From assembly GCA_045535075.1 (NCBI GenBank), contig JAZSKX010000014.1:64001-128000 (forward strand): a DNA stretch of 64,000 bases, in the 5' to 3' direction. The DNA is from Candidatus Spyradenecus sp. Its GTDB lineage: Bacteria > Verrucomicrobiota > Verrucomicrobiia > Opitutales > UBA953. Position numbers and translations under genes: made by a program. How positions within the stretch are numbered: position 1 is the first letter of the stretch; each line of letters opens with the position of its first letter. Positions 58,790-64,000 of the stretch are shown here, in pieces. The notes beneath the pieces are model-generated. The model searched no databases. It was not told the DNA's origin and saw only the letters and a program-made list of their open reading frames with translations.

Positions 58790-59545
58790 TTAAAGCACTT
58801 TGGAGAGAAAATCCCGAATGCGCGGCGACGGCATTTCGCCGAAAAACCGCTGCGGCGAGCTGTCGCTGATGATTTTTCCGTGATCCATGAAAAGAATTCG
58901 CGAGGCCACTTCCCGCGCAAACGCAATTTCATGCGTAACGACAATCATCGTCAGCCCGCCTTGCGCGAGGTCTTTCATCAGCGCAAGCACTTCGCCGACC
59001 ATTTCCGGATCGAGCGCGGAAGTCGGCTCGTCAAAAAGAATAACATCGGGATTCATTACCAACGAACGCACAATCGCGATGCGTTGCTTTTGCCCGCCGG
59101 AAAGTTGTTGCGGGAACGCCAACCGTTTCTCGTACAAGCCGATGCGCTTGAGCAGGCGTTCCGCTTCGGCAACCGCTTCCGCTTTGCTTAAGCGCCCGGT
59201 TTTCACGGGAGCGAGCGTAATGTTGTCCAAAACATTCAGATGCGGGAAAAGATTGAAATGCTGAAAAACCATGCCGACTCGGGCGCGGAAGGCGTTGACG
59301 TCCGTGCGGCGGACATCGTTCCCGCGAAAAAGAATTTCCCCGGCGTCCGGCATTTCCAAGAGATTCAGGCAACGCAAAAACGTGCTCTTCCCCGAGCCGC
59401 TCGGCCCGAGTACAAATACGGCTTCACCGCGGCGAATTTCCGCAGAAACACCGTCAACGGCAACGTGGTTCCCGAAGACTTTTTTCAAATCGGAAATGCG
59501 AAAGAGCGTTTCGGCATCTCCGTTCCCGCCGGACGTTTTGCTCAT
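58790..59545 (-). CDS. Polar amino-acid ABC transporter ATP-binding protein (GlnQ-like)
   Basis: GPSGSGKSTFLRC, MVFQHFNLFPH, LSGGQKQR, DEPTSALDPE, VVTHE. Confidence 0.93.
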   Translation of the reverse strand: MSKTSGGNGDAETLFRISDLKKVFGNHVAVDGVSAEIRRGEAVFVLGPSGSGKSTFLRCLNLLEMPDAGEILFRGNDVRRTDVNAFRARVGMVFQHFNLFPHLNVLDNITLAPVKTGRLSKAEAVAEAERLLKRIGLYEKRLAFPQQLSGGQKQRIAIVRSLVMNPDVILFDEPTSALDPEMVGEVLALMKDLAQGGLTMIVVTHEIAFAREVASRILFMDHGKIISDSSPQRFFGEMPSPRIRDFLSKVL

Positions 59546-59546
59546 C

Positions 59547-60149
59547 TTAGACACGCATTTTTGCCGCCGCGTAAATTGCGCGAATGCGGGCAAAGTCCGA
59601 TTCGCGATCGCCGGAAACGAGGCAGTAATCGTACTCGCTCCAGCGCTTCATCTCATCAAGCGCAACGCACATGCGGCGCTCGATTTCGTCCGGCGCGTCC
59701 GTGCCGCGTCCCGTCAGGCGGGAACGCAATTCTTCAACCGAAGGCGGCATGATAAATACCGAAATCAACGCTTCCCGGATGCGGGTATTCGTCGCGGCAA
59801 GCTTGCGGACCGTTGCCGCGCCTTGGACATCAAGGTTGAGCAAAACATTTTTTCCGGTGGCAAGAATCGATTCCACTTGCGCGTGGCGTACACCGTAGCG
59901 ATTCGAATGCACCTGCGCGTGCTCAAGAAAATCGCCGTTTTGAACGCCCGCCTCAAACGCTTCGTGCGTGAGAAAAAAATAGTCGACTCCGTCTTGCTCG
60001 TTCCCGCGCGGCGCACGCGTCGTGCAGGTTACGGCGCGCGAAATCTCCTGCGGGAACGCCTCCAGCATACGGTCGCAAAGCGTCGTCTTCCCGCAACCGG
60101 CAGGGCCGGATACAAGCAATAAAATCGGCTTCGAGGAAAATGTATTCAT
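59547..60149 (-). CDS. gmk: Guanylate kinase
   Basis: SGPAGCGKTTL, TTRAPRGNEQDGVDYFF, DVQGA, PPS..EL..RL..RG. Start at ATG 60149. Confidence 0.95.
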   Translation of the reverse strand: MNTFSSKPILLLVSGPAGCGKTTLCDRMLEAFPQEISRAVTCTTRAPRGNEQDGVDYFFLTHEAFEAGVQNGDFLEHAQVHSNRYGVRHAQVESILATGKNVLLNLDVQGAATVRKLAATNTRIREALISVFIMPPSVEELRSRLTGRGTDAPDEIERRMCVALDEMKRWSEYDYCLVSGDRESDFARIRAIYAAAKMRV

Positions 60150-60151
60150 AA

Positions 60152-60691
60152 TTATTTTACAAAAAAGACTGCGACAAGGTTCGCGATTCCGATGAGGAAA
60201 ATGCCGCCGCCGACAAGGCGCGCGCGCGTCGTGTTGTCCGTGGAAAACGTAATCGCGTTGCGAAGCACGTAAGGCGCTGCTCCCGCCCAAAGTGCACCGA
60301 TAATCAGCAAATAAGCCGTTCCCGCAAGGACGCAGGAATACGGCGTGTGCCCGAAGCCGATTTTTAAAAGCTCGTTGCAAATAAAAAGCGCCAGCACCGC
60401 AAGCGCACGCAACGGCAATAAATCGGCGAGAAATTTGAACGCCAAAATCCCGGCTCCGCCGAAGAGCGCAAAAAACGACCAACGCGGAAAGCCCGCCAAG
60501 TCAACTTCGCTAATCGTCGTAAGGTGATAAAAAAACCAGGTCAACGCCGCCGACCACAGCAGAACGCCCGCCAAGTACGAACGCGGGAACGCGCGAAGCT
60601 GCGGCGCAAAACGTGCGCCGAACAAAAAGAACAGCGCTCCCGCAAGTGCGAAAACACCGCCGACGCAAAGGTATGCAGAGGACAAATCCAT
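60152..60691 (-). CDS. Hypothetical integral membrane protein
   Basis: 179 aa with about 6 hydrophobic segments; 2 bp from the gmk start. Confidence 0.75.
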   Translation of the reverse strand: MDLSSAYLCVGGVFALAGALFFLFGARFAPQLRAFPRSYLAGVLLWSAALTWFFYHLTTISEVDLAGFPRWSFFALFGGAGILAFKFLADLLPLRALAVLALFICNELLKIGFGHTPYSCVLAGTAYLLIIGALWAGAAPYVLRNAITFSTDNTTRARLVGGGIFLIGIANLVAVFFVK

Positions 60692-60761
60692 AAAACCGCA
60701 ACACTACAAAAAGCCTTTCGCCGAGTGAAGCGAGAAATTGAATTCGCATTAGAGCAATGAA

Positions 60762-61042
60762 AGATTACTCGGCTTTCAGCCGAATCTAATTCACGGGAAC
60801 GCGCGGATTCGCCAAATTTTGTTCGTCGACGAAAGCGCGGATAAAATGGCAAAACGTTCCCGTGGACGTAATCCTCGGCTGGAATCCGGACGAAATTTAA
60901 TCCGGTGTGCAAGCCATTGTCCGCACGTGACGCAATCCTCGGCTGAAAGCCGGACGGATGCTAGCCCAACGGCAAGTTCGCGGAGCGAACGCCGCCTTGG
61001 GTCCGAAATATTATAATCACCCGCGCCCTGAAAGGGCAAAAG
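60762..61042. repeat. Cluster of REP-like short palindromes and a 28-bp direct repeat
   Basis: CGGCT(GAA/TTC)AGCCG hairpins at 60770 and 60940; 28-bp repeats at 60865 and 60929 (25/28 identical); GCCCTGAAAGGGC at 61025. Confidence 0.6.
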
Positions 61043-61241
61043 AAACAAACGGCGATGCCCATTCCGCCGTTCCCGCAAAATCGTTCCCGTGAAAGAAATT
61101 TTTCCGCGATGCAATAATAAAAACTTGCAAAAGTATTTTTTTTGTCCAAAAATTGCCCAAAATTCATTTTCGGCACTTCACTTTCACCCCGGAAATGAAC
61201 TCTCACTTCACATATTTACAGTCTTAACTTCATTAATCCTC

Positions 61242-64000
61242 ATGAACTCAGCAAAATTCCTGTTTTCAACCCTCATTGCTGCTGCCGCAATGACCGCTCC
61301 TGCGTATGCGGAGAATTATACAATCGGGACGAGTAATAACAATGATCCTAGACTTACTTCTGCAACAAGTGAGGATACGATTACATTTGAAAAAGAGAGT
61401 GGATTTCTTACCGCAGGAGGAGGAACGGTTAATGCGAATGTCGTGATTAATTCTTTGAAACTTACCGATGGTTATTCCAACGTAACGTACACGTTTAACG
61501 GGACGGTTACGGGAAGCGGCGAGTTTTCTTTTAACCCGACGACTAGCGCAAATAATCAGAACTACGTTTTCAATGGAGACGTAAGCGGTTATTCCGGAAA
61601 CATGATTATTAATGCGAACAAATACGGGAGTTTCACATTTAATAACAATGCGACCGGAACGGGGGCAATTACTGCGACAAGTGCGTGGTGTGCCGTGAAT
61701 TTTAATGGCGCGACGATTAACAATTCCGAAGTCAACGCCGCGACAATCAATATCAGCGGAACAACGTCTTTCGTCGCAAACACAAGCTTAATCGGCAAAG
61801 TCGTCGTTGCGTCCGGTGCAGAGACTTCCAATACGGGAACGCTTAATCTTTCGGGTGCGAAAGTTTCGTTGAATGGAGGTGCGCTTGTCAACACGGGAAC
61901 GGTGTCGGTTGGTTCCGAAACGATTTTTGATCTTACGAGCGTTGATGGAGCGCAAACGCTCATCTCCGGAGGGGCGATTACGGGATGGAACACGTTGGGG
62001 GTATCTAATTTTACTGTCAATGGAAAGGTTCTTGCTGGGCGTTCGACCGTGGAACTTTCTAATGCCGGGCAGGTCTCCATCACGGAGGTTGTTGCAACCT
62101 TGGTTTGGAATGGCGGTGAGCAGGGAACGTGGGATGTGGAATCTTCGGAAAATTGGTTGAACAACGGACAAGCCGATAAGTTCTACGTGCTCGACAGTGT
62201 TGAATTTACCGATAGCACTACTAACGGAACAATTGACGTTGCCTCAGCTGCTACCGTTACGGATTTTACTGTTCGCTCCGGGATCCATACCCTTACTCGT
62301 AGCAACGGTGGGTATGTTGCAATTGCGGGTAGTGCGACAATTGAAGATGGCGCAACGTTGATTTTGGGAACGGAAACCGGAGCCACGGGCTTGCTTCGCG
62401 GAGCCATTACAGTAAAAAATGGCGGAACGCTTCAATTTAACGCTAAGGATGTTACCGGTTATAATGGTGGCGCAAATTCTCTTCAGACGATTACCGTTGA
62501 TGAAGGCGGTTCTTTGGTTATGAATGTTGATGGGAACGAAACCTTTGCGGGAACGTTAAACTTGGGCGGAACTATTGCAAAAGGTGATAATGCAGGCAAC
62601 ACAACTGCTTGGGATATTTGGGGAAATTCTTCCATTAATGTAAAATCTGCAACAGCTAAGATAGCGACTAATATTCGTATAGGGCGTCAAAATGCGGTTA
62701 TTACCTTAGACGACGGCTCTATGCTTACCGTTTCCGGAAATATTGTGCTTCGCGATAGCGGTTCGGATACGTTGAAGGTTGACGGGGGGAATGGAAGCGG
62801 AAGCTTTGTGTTTACAGGAACATCCGGAACAATTGGAAGTGGAGTAAAACTGGGAAATGGGGCTTTGACCGTTGGCGATGGTGAAAATGCATCGTTTTTA
62901 ACTGTCGGGCGTATCGAGATTGGAGATAACGGATCCGGAAACGGAGAGGAGAATTCGGCTGTAAGTCGTCTTAACATTGAAAAAAACTCAACACTTAAAG
63001 TAACAGGAGCAACAAATACATGGAGTTCGACGACTGATTACAAGCAGAACTCCGTAGTATTGGGAGAATGGAGTAACACCACTCATGCTTCCATCAAAGG
63101 GACACTCCTTGCGAAAGATGCGGAAATCGGAATGGGTGATTGGGGGGCTCTCATTACGGTTGACGGCTTGCTTGTGGCGAAAGGACTGGGGCAAGCCGTA
63201 AAAAATGCGGGAGATTTTGCGGTGACGTTAAATGATGGCGGAAAAATTCTCGTTGGAGAGAGCGGGATTTCTGATAAGCGTAGTGCTCAAGGAAATATTA
63301 CTCTTAATGCGGGAACAGTTGGAACTTACTCCGATACGACTACGCTTGCATTGGGTATGACTTTGAACAGCGACGACGGAACGATATTTGATACGCAGAA
63401 ATACGTTTTTGCAGAAGACGGGAACTCCGTTTCTCAAGGTAGTGATGGCGGAGAGATTTCCGTAACGGGAAAACTCTCCAGCACAGGTAAACTCATTAAA
63501 TCCGGGGCAGGAACGCTTACGCTTTCGGGAGATAACACCTATTCCGGCGGCACGACGGTTTCCGCGGGGACGTTGGTTGCGGCGCATCAGAATGCGCTTG
63601 GATCGGGACCGCTCAAACTCAACGGCGGGACCTTCGGAACATCTTTGGACGCGTTTAGTGTCGCGGGAGCGGTCGAGCTCGGCGAAGGCACGACATCGAC
63701 GATTAATCTTGGTAAATACACCAACGGAGCGTTTGATACGAGCGTAGTCGCCAGAATTACGATTGACAACGAGATTTCCGGATCCGGATCGCTTGCGGTT
63801 GTCGGTAGAACAGACGCAGATGACGTTACCAATCCGAATGACCGTGAACAAAGATTGACTCTTTCCGGAAACAATTCTTACACGGGTGGGACGACGCTTA
63901 ACGGTGCGCGTGTTATTGCGAAGAGTGCAAGCGCTTTGGGGGCGGGCAATCTTTCTATGGACGGCGCTGAAGTTCAGATTGATACGGGATCTCTTACCGT
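61242..64000 (+). CDS. Large surface protein with autotransporter-associated beta-strand (PATR) repeats; runs off the window end
   Basis: Absent from the ORF track because no stop falls in the window. My translation gives signal peptide MNSAKFLFSTLIAAAAMTAPAYA, G/T/N/S-rich beta-helix-like sequence, and in-frame GKLIKSGAGTLTLSGDNTYSGGTTVSAGTL (~63486) and LTLSGNNSYTGGTTLNG (~63855). Confidence 0.9.
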   Translation, partial: MNSAKFLFSTLIAAAAMTAPAYAENYTIGTSNNNDPRLTSATSEDTITFEKESGFLTAGGGTVNANVVINSLKLTDGYSNVTYTFNGTVTGSGEFSFNPTTSANNQNYVFNGDVSGYSGNMIINANKYGSFTFNNNATGTGAITATSAWCAVNFNGATINNSEVNAATINISGTTSFVANTSLIGKVVVASGAETSNTGTLNLSGAKVSLNGGALVNTGTVSVGSETIFDLTSVDGAQTLISGGAITGWNTLGVSNFTVNGKVLAGRSTVELSNAGQVSITEVVATLVWNGGEQGTWDVESSENWLNNGQADKFYVLDSVEFTDSTTNGTIDVASAATVTDFTVRSGIHTLTRSNGGYVAIAGSATIEDGATLILGTETGATGLLRGAITVKNGGTLQFNAKDVTGYNGGANSLQTITVDEGGSLVMNVDGNETFAGTLNLGGTIAKGDNAGNTTAWDIWGNSSINVKSATAKIATNIRIGRQNAVITLDDGSMLTVSGNIVLRDSGSDTLKVDGGNGSGSFVFTGTSGTIGSGVKLGNGALTVGDGENASFLTVGRIEIGDNGSGNGEENSAVSRLNIEKNSTLKVTGATNTWSSTTDYKQNSVVLGEWSNTTHASIKGTLLAKDAEIGMGDWGALITVDGLLVAKGLGQAVKNAGDFAVTLNDGGKILVGESGISDKRSAQGNITLNAGTVGTYSDTTTLALGMTLNSDDGTIFDTQKYVFAEDGNSVSQGSDGGEISVTGKLSSTGKLIKSGAGTLTLSGDNTYSGGTTVSAGTLVAAHQNALGSGPLKLNGGTFGTSLDAFSVAGAVELGEGTTSTINLGKYTNGAFDTSVVARITIDNEISGSGSLAVVGRTDADDVTNPNDREQRLTLSGNNSYTGGTTLNGARVIAKSASALGAGNLSMDGAEVQIDTGSLT

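Larger units (their letters stand above)
1402..63316. repeat. Window-wide hyper-abundant dispersed motif GCGGGAAC(G) / (C)GTTCCCGC, plus ACGGGAACG variants
   Basis: At least 24 exact 8-mer copies hand-counted in 1-10000 (e.g. 1402, 1706, 1765, 2465, 2560, 2867, 2911, 2917, 3953, 4237, 4511, 5129, 5291, 6556, 7166, 8392, 9673). It stays frequent through the rest of the window. Confidence 0.95.

Noticed and set aside
61165..61195. Sigma-54 promoter upstream of the PATR gene (CGGCAC...TTTCA)
   Set aside because: It lacks the -12 GC.
1..64000. tRNA, rRNA, tmRNA, transposase, integrase or prophage genes
   Set aside because: None recognised by eye. smpB is present, but no ssrA-like sequence was seen.

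Overview
A 64 kb bacterial chromosomal window of about 50-55% GC by eye. It is probably from an Opitutales-like member of the Verrucomicrobiota; this is inferred from gene repertoire and protein style and was not confirmed by a search. Most of it is housekeeping genes: sdhA/sdhC, nadC, trpS, purL, truB, rpoZ, smpB, rph, murA, gmhA/B, nth, ruvA, rpoN, lepA, guaB, ispD and gmk. It also carries a complete-looking type II-C CRISPR-Cas9 locus (cas9-cas1-cas2, a 6-repeat array and a tracrRNA candidate) and ends in a truncated autotransporter-repeat (PATR) surface protein. The strongest signal that no annotated feature explains is the non-palindromic motif GCGGGAAC(G) / (C)GTTCCCGC. I counted at least 24 exact 8-mer copies by hand in the first 10 kb, against under 1 expected by chance. 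It occurs on both strands, in every reading frame, inside the cas genes, and as inverted pairs forming terminator stems. That pattern matches a DNA-uptake-sequence-like system, which I do not know to be described for this lineage. Secondary observations: two probable pseudo-enzymes, a CBM20-like domain shared between two unrelated N-termini, a REP-like palindrome cluster and a candidate small RNA.
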